DNA from: Propionivibrio sp.
GTDB lineage: Bacteria; Pseudomonadota; Gammaproteobacteria; Burkholderiales; Rhodocyclaceae
DNA length: 64,000 nucleotides
Direction of reading: 5' to 3'
NCBI GenBank assembly: GCA_031547245.1
Contig: JAVBSG010000008.1
Span: 8,546-72,545, forward strand
Below the pieces are notes generated by a model. That model ran no database searches and had not been told where the DNA came from. It saw nothing but the letters and a program-made list of their open reading frames with translations. Within the stretch, counting starts at the first letter, position 1. Each line of letters opens with the position of its first letter. Positions 39,901 to 54,776 of the stretch are shown here, piece by piece. A program made the translations under genes and the position numbers.

Positions 39901-40433
39901 CGCAGGCCATGGAAACGTTGGAAAACGCAATCCGCCGCATCGACCGTGAGACGCGCGATCTATTACAATCGACCTATGACGCAGTCAACAAGAGTTTCGG
40001 CGAACTGTTCCCGATCCTGTTCGGCGGCGGCGAAGCAAAGCTGATCATGACCGGCGACGAGATTCTCGATGCCGGCGTGCAGGTGATGGCGCAGCCGCCC
40101 GGCAAGAAGAACTCGACGATCCATCTCTTGTCCGGTGGCGAAAAGGCGCTGACGGCGATCGCGCTGGTGTTTTCGATGTTCCAGCTGAATCCGGCGCCGT
40201 TCTGTCTGCTTGACGAAGTCGACGCTCCGCTGGACGATACGAACACCGAACGTTTCTGTGCGATGGTGCGGCGCATGTCGGCCAACACGCAGTTTTTGTT
40301 CATCAGTCACAATAAGATTGCCATGGAAATGGCGCAGCAGCTGGTAGGCGTTACGATGCAGGAATCAGGGGTATCGCGTATCGTCGAGGTGGATATGGAG
40401 GAAGCCTTGCGCATGCGAGAACAGATCGTTTAG
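36933..40433 (+). CDS. smc: Chromosome segregation protein SMC
   Basis: Walker A GPNGCGKSN at the N-terminus. Long coiled coils with a hinge. C-terminal signature LSGGEKALTAIALVF and Walker B LLDEVDAPLD. Start at MRLTKLKLAGFKSF. Confidence 0.9.
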   Translation: MRLTKLKLAGFKSFVDPTTVALPGQLVGVVGPNGCGKSNVMDAVRWVLGESKASELRGESMQDVIFNGSSTRKAVSRASVELVFDNSLGRIAGQWSQYTELSVKRVLTRNGQSEYYINNLHVRRKDITDLFLGTGLGPRAYAIIGQGTISRIIEARPDELRVFLEEAAGVTKYKERRKETEGRLADTRENLLRVEDIRAELGSQMERLEGQAAIARQYREYHDDLTRKQQLLWLLRRNEAQAERTRLGSEIEQAVTGLEGQNAALRETELHLEETRESHYAANDGLQNAQRMLYEVNAEVARLEAEIRHRRESQQEYESRLVQLTDDKQHWQEQIAKFAADHERWLELSVLADERVEQGEMRLAAQQERLPVAEEAHAAAQEEVNRQRGDLAQADKHLQVEIANRGHAQRSLQIIAGRRERLQQEREALPVPDTAEYELKQETLAELRESIAEGQEKVSASQRQLPLLEQQRRDALLRVQQVQKERAEVHARRSALEQLQKRVQGDGKLGDWLHRHRLDNRHPLWKSLHVEAGWEDAVEAVLRERLSALPAEIADPAWSKDRPGSKLTLLLPGEEALSALEKKGLRARIRCDDAKLAGILDEWLRDVFTAQDLAGALALRESLVGSACCVTPGGDVVTRQSVTLFAPDAAEHGLLERQREIEHLGEVIAGLEDRVGQEQAHLAEIEESMADAQEVLQAARKHLDDQQEQAHAIQVETLKLAQALERFRERQAQIDGSLEEMAAEEEGENERLFIAEEAIETRREEIRELQQTMNSALARLEQTDRSLRDERERVNAVERELREAQFSQRECRGKLEEIANNRTLARKQTERIIEELARCEENALAIQAEDMEPKLQEALDQRVAREQALAAARDALETATAALRGLEEQRMKVEQSLDPLRERISELKLKEQAAALNVEQLSAQLLEAKANEEVLAGDLPGARPGALQSAISGLQRSIEALGAVNLAALEELESARERKGFLDAQSEDLTQAMETLENAIRRIDRETRDLLQSTYDAVNKSFGELFPILFGGGEAKLIMTGDEILDAGVQVMAQPPGKKNSTIHLLSGGEKALTAIALVFSMFQLNPAPFCLLDEVDAPLDDTNTERFCAMVRRMSANTQFLFISHNKIAMEMAQQLVGVTMQESGVSRIVEVDMEEALRMREQIV

Positions 40434-40441
40434 GACAAAAA

Positions 40442-44619
<4,178 letters not shown>

Positions 44620-44623
<4 letters not shown>

Positions 44624-45168
44624 CGGATATTTTGGAGGCGAAGCGCATTCTCGCCGGAGCGGAAATCGTTTATTCGGCGGAGGACGTGGCTGCCGCCGTC
44701 AGCCGCCTGGCGGCTGAAATCACGGAAAAACTGGGGGAAAGCAATCCGCTGGTGCTCTGCGTCATGAGCGGCGGCGTGCCGTTTGCCGGCCAATTGATGA
44801 CGCAGCTGCATTTTCCGCTGGATTTCGACTACATGCATGTGACCCGCTACGGGCAGGAAATTTCCGGCGGCGCGCTGTCGTGGCGCGCGGCTCCAAGAAC
44901 TTCCGTCGAGGGGCGGACGGTGCTGATCCTGGACGATATTCTCGATGAAGGGCTGACGCTGGCGGCGATCGTTGAACGAATGAAGGAGTTGGGTGCCAAA
45001 GCCTGCTATACCGCTGTGGCGACCGATAAGCTGAACGGGAAAATGAAACCGATCCGGGCGGATTTCGTGGCGCTGACGGTTCCTGACCGTTTTGTTTTTG
45101 GCTATGGCATGGATGTGCGGGGCAAGTGGCGCAATCTTCCGGCCATTTATGCAATGAAGGAAGAATAA
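44620..45168 (+). CDS. hpt: Hypoxanthine(-guanine) phosphoribosyltransferase
   Basis: PRPP-binding motif [14 protein letters not shown]. About 182 aa type I PRTase. Confidence 0.8.
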
Positions 45169-45169
45169 G

Positions 45170-45934
45170 ATGCTGGCAGTGATTGGAGGCAGCGGCCTCA
45201 CGCAACTGGCAAACCTGGACATATCGCATCGCGAAGTGTTGCGCACCCCGTACGGAGAACCTTCGGGGGCAGTGACGTTCGGGAAAATCTGCGGCTGCCC
45301 GGTAGCATTCATGGCACGGCATGGTTATGGGCACACCATTCCGCCTCACGAAATCAACTACAGGGCGAACATCTGGGCGCTCCACCACAGCGGCGCCAAG
45401 GCCATCGTGTCCGTGGCGTCGGTCGGCGGCATCCGGCCCGACCTGAAACCCGGCGACGTGATCGTTCCGCACCAGATCATCGACTACACCTGGGGGCGCA
45501 AGAATACCTTCTTCGAAGGGCTGGACCGTCCCGTCGTGCATATCGATTTCACCGAGCCTTATGATCCTCCCCTGCGAGCGTCATTGCTCAAGGCCGCCAA
45601 AGCCGCCAAGGTACCCGTCAAGGATGCGGCCGTTTACGCCACGATGCAGGGGCCCCGCCTGGAAACGGCAGCGGAGATCGATCGGCTGGAACGCGACGGC
45701 GCCGATGTGGTGGGCATGACCGGCATGCCGGAAGCCGTGCTGGCCAGGGAACTGGGCGTTCCCTATGCAGCCATCAATGTCGTGGCCAACCATGCCGCGG
45801 GGCGTGGCGACAGCAAGAACAACATCAGTTTCGATATCACCGATGCGATTCTGCAGGGGGCCATGGCCCATGTGCGATCGATCATCGAGAGCCTAGCGGG
45901 GTGCGGCGACTGTGGCCATCCGTCCCGTTCTTAA
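45170..45934 (+). CDS. mtnP: S-methyl-5'-thioadenosine/thioinosine phosphorylase (MTAP / PNP-family)
   Basis: [10 protein letters not shown]...[22 protein letters not shown]: MTAP-family phosphate- and nucleoside-binding motifs. Confidence 0.8.
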   Translation: MLAVIGGSGLTQLANLDISHREVLRTPYGEPSGAVTFGKICGCPVAFMARHGYGHTIPPHEINYRANIWALHHSGAKAIVSVASVGGIRPDLKPGDVIVPHQIIDYTWGRKNTFFEGLDRPVVHIDFTEPYDPPLRASLLKAAKAAKVPVKDAAVYATMQGPRLETAAEIDRLERDGADVVGMTGMPEAVLARELGVPYAAINVVANHAAGRGDSKNNISFDITDAILQGAMAHVRSIIESLAGCGDCGHPSRS

Positions 45935-46451
45935 AATGGGCGATCCCCGCCTGTGGCAGCGCTCACAGGAAATCGTCCAGTTCGATACCCCGGGGTTGCA
46001 CGACCTGATTCACGACATGGAAGATACGATGCACCATCTCGACGGGGCCGGATTGGCCGCGCCGCAGATCGGTGTCGCGTTGCGGGTAGTCATTTTCGGC
46101 TTTGATTTCAATCCACGTTACCCCGAAGCGGGCAGTGTCCCTTATACTGTACTGATCAACCCGGTGCTCTGCCGGCTGTCGGACGAAGCCGAGGAGGACT
46201 GGGAAGGTTGCCTTTCCGTGCCGGGGCTGCGGGGAAAAGTGCCGCGCTGGCGGCATTTGCGCTACGGGGGCTTCGACCCCTACGGCCAACCCATCGACAG
46301 GACGGTGGAAGGGTTCCACGCCCGTGTCGTCCAGCACGAATGCGACCACCTTGATGGCATTCTTTACCCCATGCGTATCAAGGACTTGCGCCACTTCGGC
46401 TTCAAGGATGCATTCGAGCTGGCCGAGCAGGGAAGAATGCCGGAAGAATAG
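45912..46451 (+). CDS. def: Peptide deformylase
   Basis: Motifs GxGLAAPQ ([10 protein letters not shown]), EGCLS, QHExDH (QHECDHLDG). GTG start at 45912 aligns with the full-length Def N-terminus and overlaps the mtnP end by 23 nt. Confidence 0.85.
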   Translation: MAIRPVLKMGDPRLWQRSQEIVQFDTPGLHDLIHDMEDTMHHLDGAGLAAPQIGVALRVVIFGFDFNPRYPEAGSVPYTVLINPVLCRLSDEAEEDWEGCLSVPGLRGKVPRWRHLRYGGFDPYGQPIDRTVEGFHARVVQHECDHLDGILYPMRIKDLRHFGFKDAFELAEQGRMPEE

Positions 46452-46531
46452 GCTTTTCGCTTTTCCCGGCTTGCCAAAACATTCTGTCCGTTAATCCAGG
46501 ACAGGTCTCGCTTTTAAGAGGAGAAGGCTTG

Positions 46532-48100
46532 ATGGATATGCTGTTTGACCCGGCAATCTGGATTTCGTTGGTGACCCTGGTCGTTCTCGAAGTCGTTCTT
46601 GGTATCGATAACCTTGTATTCATAGCAATTCTCGCGGACAAGCTTCCGCCGCATCAGCGCGACAGAGCTCGCTACATCGGTCTCTTTCTTTCGCTTCTGA
46701 TGCGTATAGGATTGCTGGCCACCGTATCCTGGCTGATCACGCTGACGCAGCCATTGTTCTCACTGGGCCCCGTGAGTTTTTCCGGCAGGGACCTGATCCT
46801 GCTCGTCGGCGGCGTGTTCCTGACGTTCAAGGCGACGGTCGAGCTGCACGAGAGGCTGGAAGGGGTGACGCACACTGGTAGCGCCAACCGGGCCTATGCG
46901 AGCTTTGGGCTGGTCGTTTCCCAGATCGTCGTTCTGGACGCCGTCTTTTCGCTGGACTCGGTGATTACGGCGGTCGGCATGGCCGATCACCTTGAAGTCA
47001 TGATCGTGGCGGTGGTCATCGCGATGATCGTCATGGTCGCGGCATCGAAGCCATTGACTTACTTCGTGAGCGCGCACCCGACCGTCGTCATTCTGTGCCT
47101 GAGCTTCCTGCTGATGATCGGATTCAGCCTCATGGCCGAAGGCGTGGGCTTTCATATCCCGAAGGGCTATTTGTATGCGGCGATCGGATTCTCCATCTTG
47201 ATCGAGACGTTCAACCAGGTTTCCCAGCGGAACGTATTGAAGCATGAAGCGAAATTGCCCCTGCGGGACAGAACCGCCGAGGCAATTCTGCGGCTCATGG
47301 GCGGTAGGAAGACTCTCGCCGCGAGTAAAGAGGCTGAAAATGCCGCCGAGGAAACTCCCGTCATCGAATCGGTATTTGCCGACGAAGAACGGATGATGAT
47401 TTCCGGCGTGCTGTCTCTCGCCGGACGCTCCGTACGGCGCATCATGACGCCGCGCAGCGACATTTCCTGGGTCAATTGCGAAAGCAGCCTCGATGCGATA
47501 AAGCAGCAACTGCTCGATACGCCACACAGCCTCTTCCCCGTATGCCGGGGCTCGCTTGATGCCGTCGTGGGCGCGGTGCGCGCAAAAGAGCTCCTTGTCG
47601 CGATTGGCGAAGGCAAGGATATCTGTTCCTACGCGGGCCAGTTTCCCGCGATGTTCGTTTCAGACCATATCGACAACATGCAACTGCTGCACAAGCTGCG
47701 GGAAGCCAAGGGGAGTCTGATCATCGTAATCGACGAGTATGGCGACGTTCAGGGCCTGGTGACGCCGCACGATATCCTCGAAGCTATCGCCGGCGATTTC
47801 CCGGACGCGGACGAAGCGCCGGATATTTCGGCCGATGGAGACGGCTGGCTGGTCAAGGGAACGACGGATCTTTACCAACTTGAGCAAACCATTGGCGATT
47901 TGTCCGAGGCCAGACAGGATGAGAGCTTTGTAACCGTGGCCGGGCTGATGCTGGCGCAATCGGGCGACTTGCCTGCCCTGGGGGATGAAGTTCTCATCAA
48001 CGGTTTCGTGTTCAAGGTACTGAAACTGGACAAACACCGCGTCGATCTGGTTCGCATCGTGCGCGAACCGCAAACTCCGCAGCTTAAGGAGGAGGGGTGA
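46532..48100 (+). CDS. TerC-family membrane protein fused to CBS pair and CorC/HlyC transporter-associated domain
   Basis: N-terminal 7-TM TerC region, then CBS domains and a C-terminal CorC_HlyC domain. First ATG at 46532; the ORF-track start at 46529 is a TTG. Confidence 0.8.
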   Translation: MDMLFDPAIWISLVTLVVLEVVLGIDNLVFIAILADKLPPHQRDRARYIGLFLSLLMRIGLLATVSWLITLTQPLFSLGPVSFSGRDLILLVGGVFLTFKATVELHERLEGVTHTGSANRAYASFGLVVSQIVVLDAVFSLDSVITAVGMADHLEVMIVAVVIAMIVMVAASKPLTYFVSAHPTVVILCLSFLLMIGFSLMAEGVGFHIPKGYLYAAIGFSILIETFNQVSQRNVLKHEAKLPLRDRTAEAILRLMGGRKTLAASKEAENAAEETPVIESVFADEERMMISGVLSLAGRSVRRIMTPRSDISWVNCESSLDAIKQQLLDTPHSLFPVCRGSLDAVVGAVRAKELLVAIGEGKDICSYAGQFPAMFVSDHIDNMQLLHKLREAKGSLIIVIDEYGDVQGLVTPHDILEAIAGDFPDADEAPDISADGDGWLVKGTTDLYQLEQTIGDLSEARQDESFVTVAGLMLAQSGDLPALGDEVLINGFVFKVLKLDKHRVDLVRIVREPQTPQLKEEG

Positions 48101-49212
48101 ACGCTCCATGTCGCCAGCGGCTTGGACTGCTGCTGGTTGCTTTCTCATTAGTGCTGGTTTCTGCGTTTGCAGTAGCTGCCGATGAACCGTGGTTCGCCTT
48201 TCACCAGGGCGAATTGATCGGGTTTAAAAATTCACGCGGTAAAGTGATGATTGCGCCGAAATTCAACGAGATTTTCACGGTCGCCAAGCGTTTTGATCAC
48301 ATCATCGCCGCCGGGGACGATGTAGGCGAACAATCGCGCTCCTACTATTTGCTGAAAGACGGCCGCCAGATCGGAGAGGACAGCCTGTACACGTTCGACA
48401 CGAAACCGGATTGTGAAAGCGAAGGCTCAATCCGGTTTCGGGACAAACAAAGCGGCAAGATCGGCTATTTCGACCGGAACGGCCAAGTCATGATTGCCGC
48501 GCAATTCGATGCGGCCGAACCCTTCCGCAACGGCGTGGCCTGGGTGCTGCGCGATGCGACGAGGTTTTGTTATGACGACGTTGCGGCAGTGGAGTGCGAG
48601 CATTACGGCTTCAAGGGTGGGCAAAAATTGCTGATCGACCGCCGCGGCGAAGTTCTGGTCGAGGGATTCGCTACCGATAATCTCGACACGCTCGACTGGT
48701 ATTCGCTGACCGTCGGCGACCAGCCGCCTTCGGACGCGAGGCGGGTGTCGTTCAAGGGCGTGAACGGGCGCTATTACTCGTTCATCGACATTGAAAAGGA
48801 GTTCACCGCATGGTTTGCCGAGTCGTTTCTGCCTCATCTGGACACGGCGTCTTTGCAGGCCAACAGTTACCATACGGTCTGGCGCGGGGTTTCGGATCAA
48901 CCGTTGAATGATTGGGTTCGCGTGCGAGGCAAGTCTGCCGCCGACTACGTGCCGGCTCTGCGCAAGCATCTGGCCGCGTTGCGGATATCGGGAGAGTATG
49001 GCGTCATGCTGCTGACCCGGCCGTGGCCGTTCGACGCGAAGCGAAACCCAGGCTACTTCGACGGCTGCGGCAATTTCGCCTACTGGAAAACGCCGCAAGT
49101 CTCGGCCATGGAAAATCTCAATCGCGGTGTGTTCGAGCCGGACAAGCACGCCAGTTTCGATTTCGTCCGCACGAAAAACGGTTATCGGCTGGTATCGTTT
49201 TCCTTGCCTTAA
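48097..49212 (+). CDS. Secreted WG-repeat (KWG) containing protein
   Basis: GTG start with AAGGAGGAGG SD. Signal peptide [22 protein letters not shown]. Repeated GK(I/V)G(F/Y)...G(K/Q)VMIA..F motifs typical of WG repeats. Confidence 0.6.
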   Translation: MNAPCRQRLGLLLVAFSLVLVSAFAVAADEPWFAFHQGELIGFKNSRGKVMIAPKFNEIFTVAKRFDHIIAAGDDVGEQSRSYYLLKDGRQIGEDSLYTFDTKPDCESEGSIRFRDKQSGKIGYFDRNGQVMIAAQFDAAEPFRNGVAWVLRDATRFCYDDVAAVECEHYGFKGGQKLLIDRRGEVLVEGFATDNLDTLDWYSLTVGDQPPSDARRVSFKGVNGRYYSFIDIEKEFTAWFAESFLPHLDTASLQANSYHTVWRGVSDQPLNDWVRVRGKSAADYVPALRKHLAALRISGEYGVMLLTRPWPFDAKRNPGYFDGCGNFAYWKTPQVSAMENLNRGVFEPDKHASFDFVRTKNGYRLVSFSLP

Positions 49213-49262
49213 AAGGAATACTGTTTTTTTACCTGAACGAAAACCACTGAATGGAGTTGTTT

Positions 49263-49550
49263 ATGCTGCAAACACGTTTCCTTGGCGTCATCGTTGCCGT
49301 CCTCAGTATCGCTGCATGCACCACGCCCGCGCCCGAAAACAAGGCAGCGGCAGATACGCCCGCTTCTACGGCTCAGCGGCCCGGCTCCGACCGGGATGCG
49401 CACGGCTGCATTCCGTCCGCTGGCTATGCATGGTGCGCGCGCACGGATCGTTGCGAGCGTCCCTGGGAACTTGCGCGGGTCGCAGGCTTTGAGAACGAGC
49501 ATGAAGCCTTCGACAAATACTGTAAGAATCCCACAGTTGTGCGCCAGTAA
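49263..49550 (+). CDS. Small Cys-containing lipoprotein (hypothetical)
   Basis: MLQTRFLGVIVAVLSIAAC lipobox, followed by about 75 aa with 4 Cys. Weak terminator-like hairpin upstream at about 49195-49232. Confidence 0.45.
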   Translation: MLQTRFLGVIVAVLSIAACTTPAPENKAAADTPASTAQRPGSDRDAHGCIPSAGYAWCARTDRCERPWELARVAGFENEHEAFDKYCKNPTVVRQ

Positions 49551-49655
49551 ACGGGGAAAAGTGGCGGACGCAATGGGCCGATCTTTGCCTACAGATAAGC
49601 CAGCGGACCAGGACGTATAGATATACGTGGCGATTTCTTCGCCGCTGGCCGATCA

Positions 49656-50702
49656 TCACCGTCGCAGTTCCCCGATTTCCTTTTCCCAGAAGCGAATGGC
49701 GTGGTCTATCCATCCTTGCGCACTGGTACCTTGCCCAGTGCCAAACCCGTGAGCAACGTTTGGATATCGGCGGTATTCAACCCGCGTTCCGATACGCCGC
49801 AATGCCTCAATGCGTGTTTCCATCAGCGCTGGCGGCGCAATTCGGTCGTCCTCACCTACAACCACGAAGGTGGATGGTTCCGATGTAGTGACCTCCGTAT
49901 GGCCTGTATAGGCCATAACCACCACAGATGGCTTGGGGTGATGCGGGGCGCCAAACTGGGCTGTGCCGTGCGAGCCTATCGCCGCAGCCATTCGCGCTCC
50001 CGCCGAACTGCCCCACAGAGAATAGCTCTGGGTATCCACTTGCAAGGAATGCGCATTCCGGAGGATGTAAGCAATCGCCGCAGCCATATCTTCAGTTGCC
50101 GCCCTGCCGCCTCGGCCTACCCTATACTTCAGCACGAAAGCATTGAACCCCCGTTTGTTGATTTCATCGGCATAGGGAAAGCCTTCATGCACCGATCCTA
50201 CGTAAGAGAAACCACCGCCAGGCGCGATAACAGCGAAGGGGGCTCCTGGTTTTCCACGGAAAAAGAAAAGTCCCGTATTTTTTAGTGTTGGCTGCTTTTG
50301 CCGCTGGGCATCCGTGTGGAAGTCATAGAACACGGCATGGCCAGAGTTTGCATCGTCCACCATGCGATTGAGCGACGCAACCACGACGGCAGGCTCCACA
50401 TGGTTGTGGTATGGCAAAAGTTGTCCAATGTCGTTGAGCGGTATTTCCAAATTGTAGGTCAGCCCATCCCAAGGCAATATATGATGGCTGAAGCCCCGGA
50501 AGGCGGAGTGATTCAGCAGATCACCGAGTCGGTCCTCTGGACGTAGAGGAACGTGGCGCCTCTCGTAAGTAGAATCAACCACCGTCTTGTCGACCGGTAC
50601 AGGATTCGCTTCACCAGCTTCGATAAAGGGCGACGCGAGGAGCATGGGCAACATCTTTACTGTTGCCCTCCATACGTTGAAAAACCAAGCCGCTTTATTC
50701 AT
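49656..50702 (-). CDS. Alpha/beta-hydrolase fold esterase/lipase
   Basis: GxSxG nucleophile elbow (WGSSAGARMA). Downstream His/Asp motifs (EDDRIAP, AHGF). Confidence 0.7.
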   Translation of the reverse strand: MNKAAWFFNVWRATVKMLPMLLASPFIEAGEANPVPVDKTVVDSTYERRHVPLRPEDRLGDLLNHSAFRGFSHHILPWDGLTYNLEIPLNDIGQLLPYHNHVEPAVVVASLNRMVDDANSGHAVFYDFHTDAQRQKQPTLKNTGLFFFRGKPGAPFAVIAPGGGFSYVGSVHEGFPYADEINKRGFNAFVLKYRVGRGGRAATEDMAAAIAYILRNAHSLQVDTQSYSLWGSSAGARMAAAIGSHGTAQFGAPHHPKPSVVVMAYTGHTEVTTSEPSTFVVVGEDDRIAPPALMETRIEALRRIGTRVEYRRYPNVAHGFGTGQGTSAQGWIDHAIRFWEKEIGELRR

Positions 50703-50843
50703 GGCATCACCTGTAGAAAACCAAGGGTCGGTGGAAGCGCATGATCAGCACTGTCACGGCCGCACCGCCAAGCGTAATTATGCGACGATTCACTTTCTTA
50801 ATAGAATGTACAATCGACATACGGACTTGAGCTGGATTCAACA

Positions 50844-51749
50844 ATGCCAAGAGACGGTTATACCGATTTGATCGCTTTCATCCATGTGGCCCGCGAGGGG
50901 AGTTTCACCCGCGCCGCTGCACGTTTGGGTGTATCCGCGTCCGCTCTGAGCCATTCCGTTAAGGCGCTGGAAACGCATATGGATGTGCGCCTGCTGACCC
51001 GCACTACGCGTAGCGTCTCCATGACGGAGGCGGGGGCGCATCTGTACGAGCGCGTGGCCCCGCGTTTCGACGAAATCGATGCCGAGTTGATGGCAACCAC
51101 TGAACAACGCAAGAAGCCTGCGGGCATGGTACGTATTACGGCCGCCGAACACGCCGCCAACACCGTCCTCTGGCCCAAATTGGCCAAAATCCTCCCTGAC
51201 TATCCAGACATCACGGTGGAAGTCACCGTGGACTACAACCGTTCCAACATTGTTTCCGAGCGCTACGACGCCGGTGTGCGCTTGGGCGACGAGTTGGCCA
51301 AGGACATGATCGCCGTGCGTATCGGACCGGATATGCGCATCGCCGTCGTCGGCTCCCCCGCGTACTTCAACGGCAGGGCGAAACCAAAGACCCCTCACGA
51401 TCTGGCGGAACACAACTGTATCAACCTGCGCCTACCCACTCACGGCGGGTTGTTGCCTTGGGATTTCCGAAAGGGGAAACGCGAACTCAAGGTGCGCGTG
51501 ACCGGGCAGTGGATCTACAACAGTCTTTCGCCGATCGTGCGCGCGGCGGTGGCCGGACAAGGTTTGGCATTCGTGCCGGCTGACTCTGTGGCGGAACATA
51601 TCGCCGAGGGGCGGCTGATGCGCGTGTTGGACGACTGGTGCCAACCCTATACCGGATACCATCTGTACTATCCGAACCGCCGGCAGACCGGTGCATTTGC
51701 TGTCATCGTGGAAGCATTGCGCCATCGGGATAAATCTAAAAACGGGTGA
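50844..51749 (+). CDS. LysR-family transcriptional regulator
   Basis: N-terminal HTH (LIAFIHVAREGSFTRAAARLGVSASALSHSVKALE) plus a LysR substrate-binding domain. Divergent from the hydrolase gene. Confidence 0.85.
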   Translation: MPRDGYTDLIAFIHVAREGSFTRAAARLGVSASALSHSVKALETHMDVRLLTRTTRSVSMTEAGAHLYERVAPRFDEIDAELMATTEQRKKPAGMVRITAAEHAANTVLWPKLAKILPDYPDITVEVTVDYNRSNIVSERYDAGVRLGDELAKDMIAVRIGPDMRIAVVGSPAYFNGRAKPKTPHDLAEHNCINLRLPTHGGLLPWDFRKGKRELKVRVTGQWIYNSLSPIVRAAVAGQGLAFVPADSVAEHIAEGRLMRVLDDWCQPYTGYHLYYPNRRQTGAFAVIVEALRHRDKSKNG

Positions 51750-52020
51750 AATCTGCGCGCCGTTCTCCCTCGTAGGCTGCTTCCAGGAACGGACAAAGCG
51801 TATTGTTGAATTCCGCTCAAAACCGATTGCGGAATATGGGGCTTAATCAAAACAATTCCAGCCGCTACGATCTCCTTCACTGAGTTAGCTTGGATCACAC
51901 GCATATTCATGCGGTGCCCTGTGGCGTCTGACTCAGGTAAGCCCCCGACGATTGCGAAGAAACAATGACGTTTGAGCATTTATTTGAATCGCATCGCGCT
52001 TAACTTTCAGGAGTATTCAT

Positions 52021-53076
52021 ATGAAAACCATGGCATTGAACGTCACAGTCGTAGCTGCCATGATCGGTCTCTCAACAGGCTATGCGGCGGCGGCAGACTA
52101 CAAACAGAACCCGTTTTCGCTGGTTTACGAGGGGGCCATCACACAGAACGATCCGAGCAAGGTCAACATCCACCCAGTCAAGTACAAACTCAATGGCCTG
52201 GACATTGTCGCCAACATCTACACCCCAGCGAACTACGATCCGATGAAGAAATATCCGGCGGTCGTCGTCGCGCACCCGAACGGCGGAGTGAAAGAACAGG
52301 TCGCGGGCTTGTATTCCCAGCGATTGGCCGAGCAGGGTTATATCACGATCACCGCCGATGCTGCCTATCAGGGAGGAAGCGGTGGTCAGCCACGCAACGT
52401 GGACAAGCCCGCAAACCGCATTGAGGACATCCATGGCATGGCGGACTTCATCACACAGTATGCTGGTGTTGACAAAGATCGTCTGGGGGTACTCGGCATT
52501 TGTGGCGGCGGCGGGTACACGCTGAGCGCAGCGCAGACCGACAAACGCTTCAAGTCGATTGCCACGCTGAGCATGTTCAATTCCGGCCGGGTTCGTCGCA
52601 ATGGCTATGCGGATTCAGCACTGAACACGATCCAGTCACGCTTGCAGCAGGCTTCGACTGCCCACGCGCAGGAAGCTGCTGGTGGTCCTGTTCTCTATTC
52701 TGGCGATGCCAATCTCTCCGATGAGCAAATCGCCAAATTGCCGTTCGATCTGTATCGACAGGGTTATGAGTATTACTGGAAGACGCATGCTCATCCGAAC
52801 TCGACCTTCAAGTACACCACGAGCAGCCTGCTGGACTTGATGCGTTGGGATGCCACTAGCCAGATCGAACTGATCGACAAGCCATTGCTGATGATTGCGG
52901 GCGGCAAGGCTGACAGCCTTTATTTGAGCGAGGATGCGTTTGCCAAGGCCATCGGCACGAAGGACAAAGAATTGTTCAAAATCGACGGTGCCACGCATAT
53001 CGAGACCTACTGGGTTCCAGAGTATGTCGATGCCGCAATGCGCAAGCTGACAACCTTCTACGCGAAAACCCTGTGA
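52021..53076 (+). CDS. Secreted alpha/beta hydrolase, dienelactone-hydrolase-like (Cys nucleophile GICGGGG)
   Basis: Signal peptide. Nucleophile elbow with Cys (LGICGGGGYT). Prolyl-oligopeptidase/DLH-like fold. Confidence 0.65.
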   Translation: MKTMALNVTVVAAMIGLSTGYAAAADYKQNPFSLVYEGAITQNDPSKVNIHPVKYKLNGLDIVANIYTPANYDPMKKYPAVVVAHPNGGVKEQVAGLYSQRLAEQGYITITADAAYQGGSGGQPRNVDKPANRIEDIHGMADFITQYAGVDKDRLGVLGICGGGGYTLSAAQTDKRFKSIATLSMFNSGRVRRNGYADSALNTIQSRLQQASTAHAQEAAGGPVLYSGDANLSDEQIAKLPFDLYRQGYEYYWKTHAHPNSTFKYTTSSLLDLMRWDATSQIELIDKPLLMIAGGKADSLYLSEDAFAKAIGTKDKELFKIDGATHIETYWVPEYVDAAMRKLTTFYAKTL

Positions 53077-53097
53077 ATCCTGACTGAAGGAGATTTC

Positions 53098-54699
53098 GTG
53101 CGCCACAGTCATAGCAAAAGCGTGCCACTGGCCTTACTAATGCTGCTGATGACGATTCTGGCCAGACTAGTAAACGCCACTGAGTCCGACGGGCAGATTA
53201 CCGTCTGGCGCAGAGGCACCCAGCCTTCGGTCCAAGGTCCAGGACAGTACTACACCGGCGCCGTTCGGACCGATGAGCCATGGCGAACGGAAACGCCTGC
53301 CCGTCTTTCCGGGGAAACCGTCACTTTCGAACCTGGCGCACGTACCGCTTGGCACGACAATCCCGGCGGCCAGTCCATCGTCATCGCTTCCGGACGCGGC
53401 TTCTTCCAGGAAGAAAACGGCCCAATCGAAACCGCCTATGCCGGCGACGTGTTGACCTTTCCACCGAAGATCAAGCATTGGTTCGGCGCGGCTCCCGACA
53501 CCGGCATGTCCGCCATGGTCGTGGCCGCGGTCGTGAACGGCAAGAACGTGAACTGGGGCGAAAAAGTCACCGATACGCAGTATATGACGGCAGCCGCCAA
53601 CAAAAAGTCCGCGCGCCTTACGATCAATCGCGCTGGGAGCTTGGCATCCGGGAAATCCAACCCGGCCAATTTCACCGGAGAAGCCCGCGTCGACACGCTG
53701 TTCAGCGCCACCAGGGACTCCGATGCTTACGGCGCGTATGTCACCTTTGAACCCTGCGGCAGAACCGACTGGCACAGCCACCCCACGGGGCAGACGTTGA
53801 TCGTCACTGTGGGCCGAGGCTACGTGCAGCGCCAGGGCGGCCCGCTGCATGAAATCCGGCAGGGCGATATCGCCTGGACGCCTGCCGACGTGGTGCATTG
53901 GCACGGCGCGGCCTCGGATACGGCTATGACGCATCTTGCCCTTTCCGAACGCGCTCAGGGAAAAGCCGTGGCCTGGGGCGCGAAGGTTACCGATGAGGAG
54001 TATGGTGCCGTGCATCCAAACGTAATGCCAGCAAGGTATCAAAAAATAGCCCTTATCACAGCTTTTACCGCCAGCGGCGACATCGACCGCCTCAAGGCTG
54101 TGCTGGTGGAAGGCCTGCAGGCTGGGCTGACGGTCAACGAGATCAAGGAAGTTTTGATTCACACCTACGCCTATGCGGGCTTCCCCCGCGCCCTGAACGG
54201 CATCAACGCATTCATCGCGGTCATGGATGAACGCGAAAAACAGGGCATCAAGGACGTCATGGGGCCCGAAGCCGACGAGGTGAAAACTGACAAGAGCAAA
54301 TACGAGTATGGCCACGATACCCTTGCCAGGCTGCGCGACCCCTCGTTCCAACCCGGACCTGCCGGTTCCCTGAAACTCCCTGCCCAGCAGCCCCGATACG
54401 AAACATTTGCCCCGACCATCGAAGTGTTCCTCAAAGAACATCTGTTCGCGGACATTTTCATTCGTGACCTTCTGGATTACCGCAGCCGCGAAATAGCGAC
54501 GGTAGGCATGCTTTTCAATCTGCCCGGCACCAACGCGCAGTTCCGCTCTCACACAGGTTTGGCCATGACGCAGGGTTTTTCCGAACAGCAGATGAAGGAC
54601 CTTTTCACTGTCATGGGTTCGTATCTTGGCCGCGAGCGGGGTGACAACGCTCTTGCCGTTCTTCAGGAGGCAGTAGACGCTCGGAAAAATAAGCCGTAG
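53098..54699 (+). CDS. Secreted bicupin fused to carboxymuconolactone-decarboxylase (CMD/AhpD-like) domain
   Basis: GTG start with GAAGGAG SD and a signal peptide. Two homologous cupin halves (TVTFEPGARTAWHDNPGGQSIVIASGRG / YVTFEPCGRTDWHSHPTGQTLIVTVGRG). C-terminal CMD-like region (IHTYAYAGFPRALNG). Confidence 0.65.
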   Translation: MRHSHSKSVPLALLMLLMTILARLVNATESDGQITVWRRGTQPSVQGPGQYYTGAVRTDEPWRTETPARLSGETVTFEPGARTAWHDNPGGQSIVIASGRGFFQEENGPIETAYAGDVLTFPPKIKHWFGAAPDTGMSAMVVAAVVNGKNVNWGEKVTDTQYMTAAANKKSARLTINRAGSLASGKSNPANFTGEARVDTLFSATRDSDAYGAYVTFEPCGRTDWHSHPTGQTLIVTVGRGYVQRQGGPLHEIRQGDIAWTPADVVHWHGAASDTAMTHLALSERAQGKAVAWGAKVTDEEYGAVHPNVMPARYQKIALITAFTASGDIDRLKAVLVEGLQAGLTVNEIKEVLIHTYAYAGFPRALNGINAFIAVMDEREKQGIKDVMGPEADEVKTDKSKYEYGHDTLARLRDPSFQPGPAGSLKLPAQQPRYETFAPTIEVFLKEHLFADIFIRDLLDYRSREIATVGMLFNLPGTNAQFRSHTGLAMTQGFSEQQMKDLFTVMGSYLGRERGDNALAVLQEAVDARKNKP

Positions 54700-54776
54700 C
54701 CGGGCAGCTAGGCGCGGGGAACCATAGCCCCCGAGATGCCGGCATCCGGGATCCACCACCCTGTACGACTTGAACT